A stretch of DNA of 64,000 nucleotides from Bacillota bacterium (GTDB lineage Bacteria > Bacillota > Clostridia > Christensenellales > UBA1242), in the NCBI GenBank assembly GCA_009784665.1, contig WRBH01000003.1, positions 5,498 through 69,497 of the forward strand, in the 5' to 3' direction. Positions within the stretch are counted from its first letter, which is position 1, and the number at the start of each line of letters is the position of its first letter. The position numbers and the translations under genes are program-made. The notes under the pieces are model-generated. The model saw only the letters and a program-made list of their open reading frames with translations, did not search any database and had not been told where the DNA came from. Positions 26,519 to 35,994 of this stretch are shown here, piece by piece.

Positions 26519-27354
26519 GTAAGCTTATACAATAAATAGAATCTTAGGGTCATACCAAATCTTTTGAAAAACAGCAATCCTTGCAATCCAATACAAATTC
26601 CGCTAAAGCACAAAATGGCGGTTACTGCAACGATTTGACTCAATCCGCTAACACTGAATTGTTGTAGCTTAAATACTCCTGCGGTCATCTCCAGCGTACT
26701 GGAAACCAGGATATCAAGGATTGAGGGGAGATTAAACAAGCTATCTACTTGACTACCCACTATGAAAAAAATTACAATCAAGCCACCTACCAGTAAAATT
26801 GACTGTACTGCGGAATGTAATGAATTTGAAAATGATTGCGAAAAGGATTCACCATCATCTTCATTGTGACTAAAGCTCGTCAATCGCTGCTGATTGCCTG
26901 GTTCTTGTAATATTCTTCTAAAGATGAATCCATTTAAGAGGGCCGCGAGGATAATTGACGCGAATACTATTATTCCTAGTTTCAGAGAAGAGAATAGAGA
27001 AATGCCGACAGTTGCAATAATAAAGATAGGTGAAGGAAAGGATGTGTAGGTTGATAGATGGTGAGCTTTTATCTTTGTTATCTGGTTGCGTTCGTACAGT
27101 TCGGCTATCATCCGTGCAGAGGTTGGGAATCCGCCTAAGAGACTAAAGGTAAATATTTGCCAAGGTTTGCGGACGCCACTGTGAACGGCTAGGGAAGTTA
27201 TAAAAAAGAAGGGAAAGAGCACGGGTAATACAGAGTTAGAAAATAGAAGCAACCCTCGCTTAGACGAATCGACAAAGCTTGCGATGTCATGAAAAGCTAG
27301 GATAGTGAATCCTAGACAAAATAAAAGCAACGAAAATCGCGTGACACGAGCCAT
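26467..27354 (-). CDS. polytopic membrane protein, YlbJ-like (nucleoside-recognition/sporulation membrane protein family)
   Basis: GLLLFSNSVLPVLFPFFFITS motif and multiple TM helices. Its position next to rsmD matches B. subtilis ylbH-ylbJ. Start at Met20 (27354). Confidence 0.6.
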   Translation of the reverse strand: MARVTRFSLLLFCLGFTILAFHDIASFVDSSKRGLLLFSNSVLPVLFPFFFITSLAVHSGVRKPWQIFTFSLLGGFPTSARMIAELYERNQITKIKAHHLSTYTSFPSPIFIIATVGISLFSSLKLGIIVFASIILAALLNGFIFRRILQEPGNQQRLTSFSHNEDDGESFSQSFSNSLHSAVQSILLVGGLIVIFFIVGSQVDSLFNLPSILDILVSSTLEMTAGVFKLQQFSVSGLSQIVAVTAILCFSGICIGLQGLLFFKRFGMTLRFYLLYKLTHTAFAVAIAALIYLAV

Positions 27355-27369
27355 TTCTATTTGTATACT
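27341..27369 (+). promoter_or_regulatory. sigma-A type promoter, leaderless start at 27375
   Basis: GTGACA(27341-27346)-17nt-TGTATACT(-10 at 27364-27369); ATG 5 nt downstream. Confidence 0.55.
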
Positions 27370-27389
27370 CTTACATGATGAAATATCAA
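27362..27389 (-). promoter_or_regulatory. sigma-A type promoter, leaderless start at 27354
   Basis: Minus strand TTGATA(27389-27384)-16nt-TATACA(27367-27362); ATG 7 nt downstream. The -10 overlaps the plus-strand -10. Confidence 0.5.
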
Positions 27390-28166
27390 TTAAAGACTGA
27401 AGAGTTTCCAATCTTGGAATACGATGGTGTGTCGCCTCCTATCGTAAATCCCCATGAATACAATTCGTTCGTTGAAACCCAGCGAGGCATCAAGCGGTGC
27501 CTGATTACCTATTTCACGGATGTAGTGGAAGCCCTCGAGCGGGACATGAAAATTAATCAAGTTGTACGAATCCGTATGGAAGGTTACAGACCAAGACTTT
27601 ATCACATGCAGGTGGGGAACGAAACCATCTATGTTTTACCGATTCCAGTTGGGGCTCCTCAGGCCGCCAGAATGCTGGAGGTTTTAAATGCCCGTGGTGT
27701 GAAAAAATTCATGGTATGCGGGGGTGCGGGAACTCTTGATGATAAAAAGACTGGCGAGAAAGTGCTAGTGCCGATTTCCGCAGTGCGGGACGAGGGAACA
27801 TCATATCATTACATGCCTCCATCTCGCACCGTTGAGATGAATCCATTTGTGCAAGGCGTTATTACAAAAACCCTTATAGAGGAGAAGGTGGACTACTTAC
27901 CTGTTAAAACTTGGACAACCGACGCAATTTTCAGGGAAACGGAAGGTTTGGTGGCTCTGCGAAAATCCGAGGGCTGCGATGTTGTGGAAATGGAGTGCAG
28001 TGCATTCTTTGCCGTTTCCCAGCATCTTGGCTTGAAAACAGGGCAACTTTTGTATGCCGCGGATTACTTGTCAACAGAAGGTTGGAATTATCGTGACTGG
28101 CACTCTCGCACGGATAAAAGGCGTCAGTTGGTTGACCTAGCGGTAAAATGCTTAATGAAATTATAA
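27375..28166 (+). CDS. nucleoside phosphorylase (PNP_UDP_1 family, uridine/purine phosphorylase-like)
   Basis: VCGGAGTL and VEMECSAFFAV motifs; 263 aa. Confidence 0.75.
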   Translation: MMKYQLKTEEFPILEYDGVSPPIVNPHEYNSFVETQRGIKRCLITYFTDVVEALERDMKINQVVRIRMEGYRPRLYHMQVGNETIYVLPIPVGAPQAARMLEVLNARGVKKFMVCGGAGTLDDKKTGEKVLVPISAVRDEGTSYHYMPPSRTVEMNPFVQGVITKTLIEEKVDYLPVKTWTTDAIFRETEGLVALRKSEGCDVVEMECSAFFAVSQHLGLKTGQLLYAADYLSTEGWNYRDWHSRTDKRRQLVDLAVKCLMKL

Positions 28167-29675
28167 TTAATCTTGATTATACCAATCTGGCGGTGTATGA
28201 AGACGGTAGGTAATGTCTGGACCATTTGAGTATCGAATTCTAAGGCCCTTTTGGTAATTATTTCCCAGGAACGAGTTCTCAACAAGCTCGGATGCTATCA
28301 ATTCCAGAACTTCCCAAATATTTTGTTCCAGTACGCCAACTGTGGTTGGGCTTCCGTCTAACGACGAGATCGTCTCGTTGGAAATACTCAATGCATTCAT
28401 CATAGATTCAAACGCATATGTAACATAGTTAATCGCAGTGGAATGCGGCCTTTGCACAAAATCAACTTGCTCGGTAGAACGGGTTTGATAGTCTGGGTCA
28501 TCCAAGGTTACCTCGTGTCCAGTAAATGATAGTGCGGATATCCTGTGGCCTAGGATATCTTGACCAAATGTGCCTCTTCCTACAACCTCTGGCTGGCTAC
28601 CAAAACCAAAGTGAGTTGTAAATACGGACAGGTCGCCTTCTCGTAATCTTAGGTATTGAACAAGCCCTGTATCGACTATGCCGTTGTAGCGGGCAGACAT
28701 TTCTTGTTGAACAAGCAATATCGAAACATTATCTGCATCTGAATAATCTATGTGAGTGAATCGCCTTGAATGGCCAGTTAAACGAATGCCGTCAATGTCT
28801 TTACCCCAAGGAACGATATGCAGGCTTCCATCAGGATCAAAATTAGGGTCATTGGCTCCGTCTGTATCAACTACATAGGGGGCTGTGATGATCTCATATC
28901 TTGTAAAGCTTTTATCGCGAATATTTCGAAGGAATTGGTGCCCTACAATGTGAACGGTATTATAAACATTAAAGAATTCAACAATCTCTGCTTCGACTAC
29001 CTCGATACCTTGTTCGTTATAGAAGTAATTGATTACCATGACGGAGTGAGCCATAATAGGCCAGTTGGCCCTATACCCCGAAACGCCCGTTCCACCTGGG
29101 TATCCAGTAGGCCTGTCTGGGTTCATTATCCCATGACCTGCTTGACGATTCCAAACCCAAGGTTGAAAGCCCATTCGTTGAACTATCGTAATTTTGTCCG
29201 TTTCCTCATCAATGGTCATGAAGAATTCACCGTCGGCCAAGCTGCGTGGAATATGTGCAAAGTCCTCAGGGTTACCTTGACGATTTGTGCCGCGATAGCG
29301 GAACCAACTGTCGAATACGCCGACATTTTCTGTCATGTAGATAACTATATCGCGAACATCATGAATATGGAATGTACCTTGATATGGGTGCCACAGAGAG
29401 CCTATATCCCCGATTAGTCTATTATATTCCTCGATTGTCATGCCTACATTCTGACCTAGTGGCGTTATGCCATCTCCCTCTGCTACTACTTCGGTTGCGA
29501 CAAGCTTTTCTGCATCTGGCAAGTACTGGGCACCCATTGCCCGTTGCCTAACGACACTTGCCAGTTCCCAATTTGGGCTGATTCTCGTTGGCCTAAAAGT
29601 AAAGTATAGACCTGTTGCAATACCACCAACTACCATCACACTCGCTACTACTATTGCGATTATTTTTTTGCTCAT
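28167..29675 (-). CDS. membrane-anchored extracytoplasmic hypothetical protein (502 aa)
   Basis: N-terminal MSKKIIAIVVASVMVVGGIATGLYF anchor. Start set at 29675 by promoter spacing. Confidence 0.7.
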   Translation of the reverse strand: MSKKIIAIVVASVMVVGGIATGLYFTFRPTRISPNWELASVVRQRAMGAQYLPDAEKLVATEVVAEGDGITPLGQNVGMTIEEYNRLIGDIGSLWHPYQGTFHIHDVRDIVIYMTENVGVFDSWFRYRGTNRQGNPEDFAHIPRSLADGEFFMTIDEETDKITIVQRMGFQPWVWNRQAGHGIMNPDRPTGYPGGTGVSGYRANWPIMAHSVMVINYFYNEQGIEVVEAEIVEFFNVYNTVHIVGHQFLRNIRDKSFTRYEIITAPYVVDTDGANDPNFDPDGSLHIVPWGKDIDGIRLTGHSRRFTHIDYSDADNVSILLVQQEMSARYNGIVDTGLVQYLRLREGDLSVFTTHFGFGSQPEVVGRGTFGQDILGHRISALSFTGHEVTLDDPDYQTRSTEQVDFVQRPHSTAINYVTYAFESMMNALSISNETISSLDGSPTTVGVLEQNIWEVLELIASELVENSFLGNNYQKGLRIRYSNGPDITYRLHTPPDWYNQD

Positions 29676-29680
29676 ACAAT

Positions 29681-29709
29681 AGTGTAAACAAATAGACAAA
29701 ATTTAGCAA
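29681..29709 (-). promoter_or_regulatory. sigma-A type promoter, leaderless start at 29675
   Basis: Minus strand TTGCTA(29709-29704)-17nt-TACACT(29686-29681); ATG 5 nt downstream. Confidence 0.55.
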
Positions 29710-29721
29710 ACAATATATACT
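29693..29721 (+). promoter_or_regulatory. dnaG-sigA operon promoter
   Basis: TAGACA(29693-29698)-17nt-TATACT(29716-29721); in-frame ATGs lie 2 nt (29724) and 8 nt (29730) downstream. Confidence 0.5.
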
Positions 29722-29723
29722 TA

Positions 29724-31445
29724 ATGCCAATGCAAAAAGCAGGTTTTTTCCCGCGAGAGTTTCTGGATGAATTAAAGATTGCCAGCAACATTATAACCGT
29801 TGCATCGCGGTATATGCCTCTGCGTGCACGCGGGAGGCAGCATTGGGGTCTTTGCCCATTTCATCACGAAAAAACGCCGTCATTTGCTATTAACGAGCAA
29901 CAACAATATTTCAAATGTTTTGGCTGTGGAGAATCAGGAAATGTTATAACATTGGTGAGGCAACTGGAAAGCGTTGATTTTAACGAGGCGGTAGAACTTT
30001 TGGCCAAGTGGGCAAACATCACAATTCCAACGGCAAAAATAGACCCAGAGTACTTGGTTAAACGAAAAAAGAAAGAACGAACCCTTGATGTGCTGGAAGA
30101 GGCACGAAAATTCTATTATACTAACCTTGGTAAGGATGCTCGTGCATATTTGAATAATCGTGGCATCACGGACGAACTTATCGAGAAATTCAGCCTGGGT
30201 GAATCAAACACTTGGGAAGGAGTTTTAGATCATCTAAAGAAAAGAGGATTTACCGAACCTGAAATAATTGATGCTGGCGTTGCGTCGAAATCGGAAAGAG
30301 GTAAGGTGTATGACGCAATGGCGGAAAGGATCACCTTTCCAATATTTGACATCTTCGGAAACTGCATAGGGTTTACTGGTCGAACATTATCAAACGAGAA
30401 GTCCGTAGCCAAGTACCGTAATACAGCCCAGACAGCAGTATTTGACAAAAGCAGTATCGTGTACGGAGTTGATGTTCTAAAGAGGGAAAAGCGATCTGGC
30501 GGGGACATGGCGGGCCTGATCGTAGTTGAGGGCAATGTAGATGTTATAAGTCTGGTTGGTGCAGGATTCACAAATACTCTAGCCAGCATGGGAACAGCAT
30601 TGACGCAATTCCACGCAAGAATTTTTAGCAGGTTTAGTCCTAACATTTATCTATGTTTTGACGGTGATGATTCGGGTCAAAAGGCAGCTTTGCGTGCTGT
30701 TGACATCTTGGCAGGAGAGGGGTTGAATGTTCGTGTGATCGAACTGCCCAAAGATACTGATCCAGATTCATTCGTAACAAAGAACGGAAAAGACGCCTTC
30801 GAGAAATTGGTGCGTAATGCCAAGCCATACATCGATTTTAAGCTAGATTACCTAGAGAAAATTTCGAACCTTGATGATAATATCGGCAAAGCGGAATACC
30901 TTAAGAGGGCTGGGACAATTTTATCCACACTTGGAAATACACCCGAGGTAGAGTTATATTTGGCTAAGGTTTCTAAGTTAAGTGGTGTCTCCATTGACGG
31001 GGTCAAGAGGACGCTAGGCTCGGCTCCTGACAAACAGTTGCATGTTGCCAGGCCTGAAGTAAAACTATCTAACAATGCCGAGAGAATGGTTATTGCCACC
31101 TTCCTTAACGGGATAGAGAAAATAACTGATATTAATTTACAATTTAGTACTAGACTTTATGCCGAGCTTTATGGTATAATGTCCGATTGTAGAGAATGGA
31201 GATTAGGAAACCTTGAACTAGATGATTTCGCCGAGGAAGATAGGAAAACAATTATCGAGATTCTGGAACTGACTCATGATGAGCTTAAGAGAAACTTTCC
31301 AAACGCATTCAAGCAAATGAAAAAGAGTCACGCAAGCAAAAGAATAACCGAATTGCAAAGACTATACGATGCCACAGATGACCTAAAAGTTAGAGCAGAA
31401 TATTCCAAAGAGATAGCAAAGATATTAAAGGAGAAGCATGCTTAA
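29724..31445 (+). CDS. dnaG: DNA primase
   Basis: Zinc finger [14 protein letters not shown]...[26 protein letters not shown] and [11 protein letters not shown]. The start may instead be 29730. Confidence 0.95.
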   Translation: MPMQKAGFFPREFLDELKIASNIITVASRYMPLRARGRQHWGLCPFHHEKTPSFAINEQQQYFKCFGCGESGNVITLVRQLESVDFNEAVELLAKWANITIPTAKIDPEYLVKRKKKERTLDVLEEARKFYYTNLGKDARAYLNNRGITDELIEKFSLGESNTWEGVLDHLKKRGFTEPEIIDAGVASKSERGKVYDAMAERITFPIFDIFGNCIGFTGRTLSNEKSVAKYRNTAQTAVFDKSSIVYGVDVLKREKRSGGDMAGLIVVEGNVDVISLVGAGFTNTLASMGTALTQFHARIFSRFSPNIYLCFDGDDSGQKAALRAVDILAGEGLNVRVIELPKDTDPDSFVTKNGKDAFEKLVRNAKPYIDFKLDYLEKISNLDDNIGKAEYLKRAGTILSTLGNTPEVELYLAKVSKLSGVSIDGVKRTLGSAPDKQLHVARPEVKLSNNAERMVIATFLNGIEKITDINLQFSTRLYAELYGIMSDCREWRLGNLELDDFAEEDRKTIIEILELTHDELKRNFPNAFKQMKKSHASKRITELQRLYDATDDLKVRAEYSKEIAKILKEKHA

Positions 31446-32916
31446 AATACTAGGAAAAAAGAGAGCACCTGCACCTGCCGAGGTCGTGCCACCGCCGCCA
31501 CCACCCCCGCCAGTTAAGAAGGCGGCGGAGTTAACAAAGCGCACTAGCAAAGCGAGCCAGAAACCTACCCCTGCAAAGAAAATCGGAGAAAAGAAACCAG
31601 TTGCAAAAGAAGAAACTGTCAAGAAGCCAGTAAAAAAAACAACATCAGCAGCAGCGAAGGGCAAGAGCGGAACAAGTCAAAAATCAGGGGAGAAAAAGTC
31701 AAATGCTAAAGAGCCAGTTGAAAAGAAACCTCTCGAGAAGAAGCCAGTAGAGAAAAAGTCAGCAGAAAAGAAAGCAAAGCCAGTTAAGGTGATAGAAACT
31801 TCACCGCCACCGCCAGTAGTTGAACCATCTCCTGTAATAACAGAGGATGCAGCATCAGTTTATTCCAAGCCAGAGATTGAGATATTGCTGCGTCGTGTTG
31901 TCGATAACGCCAAAGTCAAAGGGGTTGTTGACGAGGACAAGATATTTATTGGATTCGCCGAAGCTGGGGCAACACCTGAAGATTTGAATATTATCCGAGA
32001 AGCCATTAAGGCAGAAGGTATCAAGATTAAGGCCGCCGAGCCAACTAAAACCGACGATGCCGCCGTTGCAAAAATGATTGCTCAGGCATCGGTGGATGAC
32101 CTTGTTAAAAGTTACCTACTTGAAATAGGAAAAGTCCCTCTGCTGACCAGCGAAGAGGAAATAGAAATCGCAAAGAAGATAAGCGAAGGCTGTGAAGAAT
32201 CCAAGATGAAACTGAATCAAGCCAACCTGCGTCTGGTAGTTCATATTGCAAAGCGATACACAAACAGGACGAACTTGCACTTTCAAGATCTTATTCAAGA
32301 GGGGAACATTGGCCTGATGCGTGCGGTTGAAAAGTTTGACTGGCGAAAGGGGTTCAGATTCTCGACATACGCAACTTGGTGGATTCGCCAATCCATTACA
32401 AGAGCTATTGCCGACCAAGGTCGTCCGATTCGTCTGCCTGTCCACATGGTGGAAACAATTAACAGGTTGCTGAAAACCGTCCGAATGTTGCAACAGGAAT
32501 TGGGTAGAGAGCCAACGACAGAAGAATTGGCACTTGCCCTGAATATCACCCCTGAAAAGATTGAGGAAATTAGAAGACACAGTCAAGAGACCAGAAGTCT
32601 CAACGACCCCTTGGGGGACGAGGGCGATGGTTCCGTTATCGATACCGTCGCTGACATAACAATCGATGACCCATCGGCAAAGGCTCAGGCAATGATGTTG
32701 CGTGACCAGTTATTGTCCGTTATAAACACTCTAACCCCGCGTGAACAAAAAGTTACGCGTCTGAGATACGGAATTGATGATGGGCGCCCACGAACTCTTG
32801 AAGAGGTTGGTAAAATTTTCGGGGTTACTCGTGAGCGTATCCGTCAAATCGAGGCCAAAGCGTTAAGGAAACTTCGTAATCCGATGAGGACAAGGAATTT
32901 GAAAGATTTCGTTTAG
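31438..32916 (+). CDS. sigA: primary RNA polymerase sigma factor SigA/RpoD with Lys/Pro-rich N-terminal extension
   Basis: Region 2 [19 protein letters not shown]; region 4.2 [36 protein letters not shown]. 8-nt overlap with dnaG. Confidence 0.95.
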   Translation: MLKILGKKRAPAPAEVVPPPPPPPPVKKAAELTKRTSKASQKPTPAKKIGEKKPVAKEETVKKPVKKTTSAAAKGKSGTSQKSGEKKSNAKEPVEKKPLEKKPVEKKSAEKKAKPVKVIETSPPPPVVEPSPVITEDAASVYSKPEIEILLRRVVDNAKVKGVVDEDKIFIGFAEAGATPEDLNIIREAIKAEGIKIKAAEPTKTDDAAVAKMIAQASVDDLVKSYLLEIGKVPLLTSEEEIEIAKKISEGCEESKMKLNQANLRLVVHIAKRYTNRTNLHFQDLIQEGNIGLMRAVEKFDWRKGFRFSTYATWWIRQSITRAIADQGRPIRLPVHMVETINRLLKTVRMLQQELGREPTTEELALALNITPEKIEEIRRHSQETRSLNDPLGDEGDGSVIDTVADITIDDPSAKAQAMMLRDQLLSVINTLTPREQKVTRLRYGIDDGRPRTLEEVGKIFGVTRERIRQIEAKALRKLRNPMRTRNLKDFV

Positions 32917-32929
32917 GAGTAGTGCGATT

Positions 32930-33391
32930 ATGAAACAAGACAAACTGCAATTAAAAGAATATAATGTCTTCCCGACAAGGGAAGTATTACAGAGTATTTT
33001 AGGAGACAGTTACCCCGCGTATGAGGCATTTCAAGAATCATTAGTGGACTTTAAAATTGAACAAGATTGGCAATGGTACAAGCCATACAAGGCATGGTTT
33101 GCAAGAGGGCAGTATCGGTGGATATCTCCACGAGGGGTCAGCAAGGAAAAAACAATATACTGGGTACACTTTTTTGATGGGTATTTTGTTATAGCGGTTT
33201 GGTTCAAGGATAAAAACCGTATGGAAATATTGAACACTAATGTATCCGAGGACACAAAGAAATTAATACGCGAAACAGGTACGATGGGCAAATTACCAAC
33301 ATTCCCAGTGCAATTCGAGGTGCGTAACTCCAAACCACTCACGGATATTTACACCTTGATTCGATGGAAAAAGGATCTTGAAATTGTCTAA
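32930..33391 (+). CDS. hypothetical protein, possibly DUF3788-like (153 aa)
   Basis: SD AGGAG lies upstream. The family assignment is from memory of overall pattern only. Confidence 0.55.
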   Translation: MKQDKLQLKEYNVFPTREVLQSILGDSYPAYEAFQESLVDFKIEQDWQWYKPYKAWFARGQYRWISPRGVSKEKTIYWVHFFDGYFVIAVWFKDKNRMEILNTNVSEDTKKLIRETGTMGKLPTFPVQFEVRNSKPLTDIYTLIRWKKDLEIV

Positions 33392-33921
33392 TTTAAGAAC
33401 GCATTAATATTTTCTCTTATATATTTAACTACTATTTCCTCTCGCTCTTTGTCGGCGTCATAATATCCTGCGTCAAGTGCGTTTAGTGGATTGTCATTGT
33501 AGGAGTCCGAGAAAGCTTGCATATCCGCGTCGAGGTCACCTGTTCGTTTTGCGATTTTTTCTTCTGCCATCATCTTTCCGTATATATCATTTGCCTCCTT
33601 AACCATTTCGGCAATACCATGAAGTCCAACATCTTGGTGAGCCTTTACATAATCAATGCCAAGGTTAGCATAGCCGTTATAGAAGAATTGGTTAAACCCG
33701 CCGTTGTTAACCTGGGCGTCCAGCATAAATATAGCAAGAAAGTTTTGGCAAGCGATAGGAGCCTTTTTAAATTCATCAGAATTACCAAAAGCATCGTATT
33801 TCTCCGTAAGGGCGATACATGCATCAACAAGATCGTAATACGGCAACTCGGCAAGTTCGGCCGCCGATAGTTTACGATATTCCTCTTGTTTCTTTTTTAA
33901 TTCTTCCCAAAAGTTTTCCAT
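33388..33921 (-). CDS. DUF4375 / DMP19-like (DNA-mimic protein family) protein
   Basis: LDAQVNNGGFNQFFYNG signature; 177 aa. Confidence 0.65.
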   Translation of the reverse strand: MENFWEELKKKQEEYRKLSAAELAELPYYDLVDACIALTEKYDAFGNSDEFKKAPIACQNFLAIFMLDAQVNNGGFNQFFYNGYANLGIDYVKAHQDVGLHGIAEMVKEANDIYGKMMAEEKIAKRTGDLDADMQAFSDSYNDNPLNALDAGYYDADKEREEIVVKYIRENINAFLN

Positions 33922-33950
33922 ATGACATTATAGCAGTTGTGGTATATACT
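33922..33950 (+). promoter_or_regulatory. sigma-A type promoter for the DNA ligase gene, very short leader
   Basis: aTGACA(33922-33927)-17nt-TATACT(33945-33950); ATG 33960 is 9 nt downstream. Confidence 0.5.
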
Positions 33951-33955
33951 TGCAA
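33927..33955 (-). promoter_or_regulatory. sigma-A type promoter, leaderless start at 33921
   Basis: Minus strand TTGCAA(33955-33950)-17nt-TATAAT(33932-33927); ATG 5 nt downstream. Confidence 0.6.
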
Positions 33956-33959
33956 TACA

Positions 33960-35246
33960 ATGATAGAGAATCTTTCTGAGTTGGTAAAAAAGCTGGCCTC
34001 GACTTCGGGGCGTCTGGAGAAGGAGAAGTTCCTTGCCGAATATAAAGGCGACGAGGATGTCAGATTTTATCTTTGGTTTTTGTATAATCCATATATTGTC
34101 ACAGGTATCAGTTCAAAGAAGTTATCAAAAAATCCTACGGAAAAACCTGTGCAAATAGATTCTTTGAGAGGCTTGTTGGAATACTTTTCAAAGAATAACA
34201 CAGGCAGAGATATCGATGTTGCGACCCTGCATGCTTACGCCGAAGGATCCGAGTATAAAGAACTGATTTATGCTCTTGTAAAAAAAGACTTGAAACTTGG
34301 TGTACAGGAAAAAACCCTTAACAAAGTATTTGGCGAGGACTTCATTCCTGTCCTTAATGTGATGTTGGCAGAGAGTTTTTGGGAGCATCAATCGTATCTC
34401 GAGGGCAAGGAGTTCGTTGTCAGTTTAAAAATTGATGGGGTGCGGGCGTTACTGATGTTCAGTGAGGGTAATCCCATATTCTTTACACGGCAGGGTAGGG
34501 TCATTGAAAGCCTAGTGGAATTGGATATTGATGTGATGAAATTGAACCAAGATCATGTATATGATGGCGAGTTGTTACTGGAAGGAGCGGAAGGTAATGT
34601 CGCCGATATTTACAGGGCAACGGTTAGGGTCACGGCATCCGATGACGAAAAACGGGGATTGAGTTTTAACATATTTGACCGCGTTCTTAAATCCGATTTC
34701 GTGACAGGCAGGTCAAACCAACCGTGCCTAGAGAGAAAAACGCAGCTAAAGGAAGAATTGGAAAGGGTAGGCAGTCCATGGTTAAAATTCGTTCCAATGC
34801 TGTATGTGGGAAAAGATTTGAAAGAAGTGGATCTGTTACTGGACAAATATGTCGACGCTGGCGAGGAAGGTATAATGGTTTCACCTGCCGATTCACCGTA
34901 CGAGTGCAAGCGGACAAAGAACTTGCTTAAGGTTAAAAAATTCCACACAGCAGATGTTTTGGTTGTTTCTGCTGAAGAGGGAACAGGGGCAAACAAAGGC
35001 AAGTTGGGAGCAGTACATGTGAAATTCCTAGGGCCCGACGGCAAAGAGTACACCTGCAAGGTTGGCAGCGGTTTCAAACAGGACGAGCGTGAATTGTATT
35101 GGAAAGACCAGTCCCTAATTATCGGCAAGATTATTGAAATCGGATATTTCGAATTAAGCCGTAATCAGAACAATGATGATTACTCTTTACGATTCCCTAC
35201 ATTCAAACATGTCCGCGAGGACAAGACGGAAATCAGTATGCACTAG
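33960..35246 (+). CDS. ATP-dependent DNA ligase (428 aa)
   Basis: Motif I SLKIDGVRA, III VYDGELLL, IIIa FNIFD, IV EEGIMVS, V LLKVKKF, VI RFPTFKHVREDK. The ORF-track start at 33819 is antisense to the neighbouring gene. Confidence 0.88.
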   Translation: MIENLSELVKKLASTSGRLEKEKFLAEYKGDEDVRFYLWFLYNPYIVTGISSKKLSKNPTEKPVQIDSLRGLLEYFSKNNTGRDIDVATLHAYAEGSEYKELIYALVKKDLKLGVQEKTLNKVFGEDFIPVLNVMLAESFWEHQSYLEGKEFVVSLKIDGVRALLMFSEGNPIFFTRQGRVIESLVELDIDVMKLNQDHVYDGELLLEGAEGNVADIYRATVRVTASDDEKRGLSFNIFDRVLKSDFVTGRSNQPCLERKTQLKEELERVGSPWLKFVPMLYVGKDLKEVDLLLDKYVDAGEEGIMVSPADSPYECKRTKNLLKVKKFHTADVLVVSAEEGTGANKGKLGAVHVKFLGPDGKEYTCKVGSGFKQDERELYWKDQSLIIGKIIEIGYFELSRNQNNDDYSLRFPTFKHVREDKTEISMH

Positions 35247-35934
35247 AGCGGTCAATGAATGGTTGCCGCGACTGAAACTTGCGGCTGGTTTTTCCAAATA
35301 TGAATGGCGTGGTTCTGACCAGTTTTATCTGGGGGCTCTCAAGCAACTTCTGGAACCGCTTTTCGGCATTCATGTCTGATGTGACGATTGCGTACTGGTC
35401 CTCGCCAATTGTGGTGAACAACTTTGCAACATTCATGTAATTCACAACAAAGTCATCACACGAATTTAATCCCTTAGGCATCTGCCAAACATTTGTATTG
35501 TCGTGTCGATATATTGAAAGAGGTGTATTAAATTTGTGACCGTCTTGCCTCATGAACTCTGCCCTTGTACTACAAAATTCATTGAAAGCAATAAGGTCTG
35601 TTGTGTTTACTGTGAATCCATATTTGTCTTTGTAGACTTTCTCATTCTTGTGCCAGATGGTGTCATCTAGGAAGTTTTGTTTTTCTTGGTCGTCATCGCA
35701 CTGGAAATAATTTTTCCCATAAGATTCCTCAATGGCATTCAAAAGGCATCTTGTCATGTATGCCCAAATCTCTCTCGTTGCACTTGCATGGCAGACGGAA
35801 GTCTTACCTTCGAGATATATGCCACCGTGTTTTCGCGGAAGACTGATAACTCCGCCCTGAAATAACTCACGAAAATTTTCGCTGGCATCTTCAGGCAAGT
35901 GGCCAAGTAGCATCTGCTTGTACATCTCATTCAT
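35233..35934 (-). CDS. hypothetical protein (233 aa)
   Basis: Intact ORF beginning 5 nt after a minus-strand -10. 14-nt 3' overlap with the ligase gene. Confidence 0.65.
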   Translation of the reverse strand: MNEMYKQMLLGHLPEDASENFRELFQGGVISLPRKHGGIYLEGKTSVCHASATREIWAYMTRCLLNAIEESYGKNYFQCDDDQEKQNFLDDTIWHKNEKVYKDKYGFTVNTTDLIAFNEFCSTRAEFMRQDGHKFNTPLSIYRHDNTNVWQMPKGLNSCDDFVVNYMNVAKLFTTIGEDQYAIVTSDMNAEKRFQKLLESPQIKLVRTTPFIFGKTSRKFQSRQPFIDRSSAY

Positions 35935-35939
35935 GAACT

Positions 35940-35968
35940 ATATTACCACGGAAACTGGTGCTTGTAAA
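35940..35968 (-). promoter_or_regulatory. sigma-A type promoter, leaderless start at 35934
   Basis: Minus strand TTTACA(35968-35963)-17nt-TAATAT(35945-35940); ATG 5 nt downstream. Confidence 0.5.
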
Positions 35969-35989
35969 TGGTGGTGTATATGATAAGAT
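35962..35989 (+). promoter_or_regulatory. sigma-A type promoter, leaderless start at 35995
   Basis: TTGTAA(35962-35967)-16nt-TAAGAT(35984-35989); ATG 5 nt downstream. Confidence 0.5.
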
Positions 35990-35994
35990 GGATT

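Noticed and set aside
29724-29732. Which of two in-frame ATGs (29724 or 29730) starts dnaG.
   Set aside because: Not resolvable from sequence. 29724 lies only 2 nt after the -10 and 29730 lies 8 nt after it. I kept the longer call and flagged the alternative.
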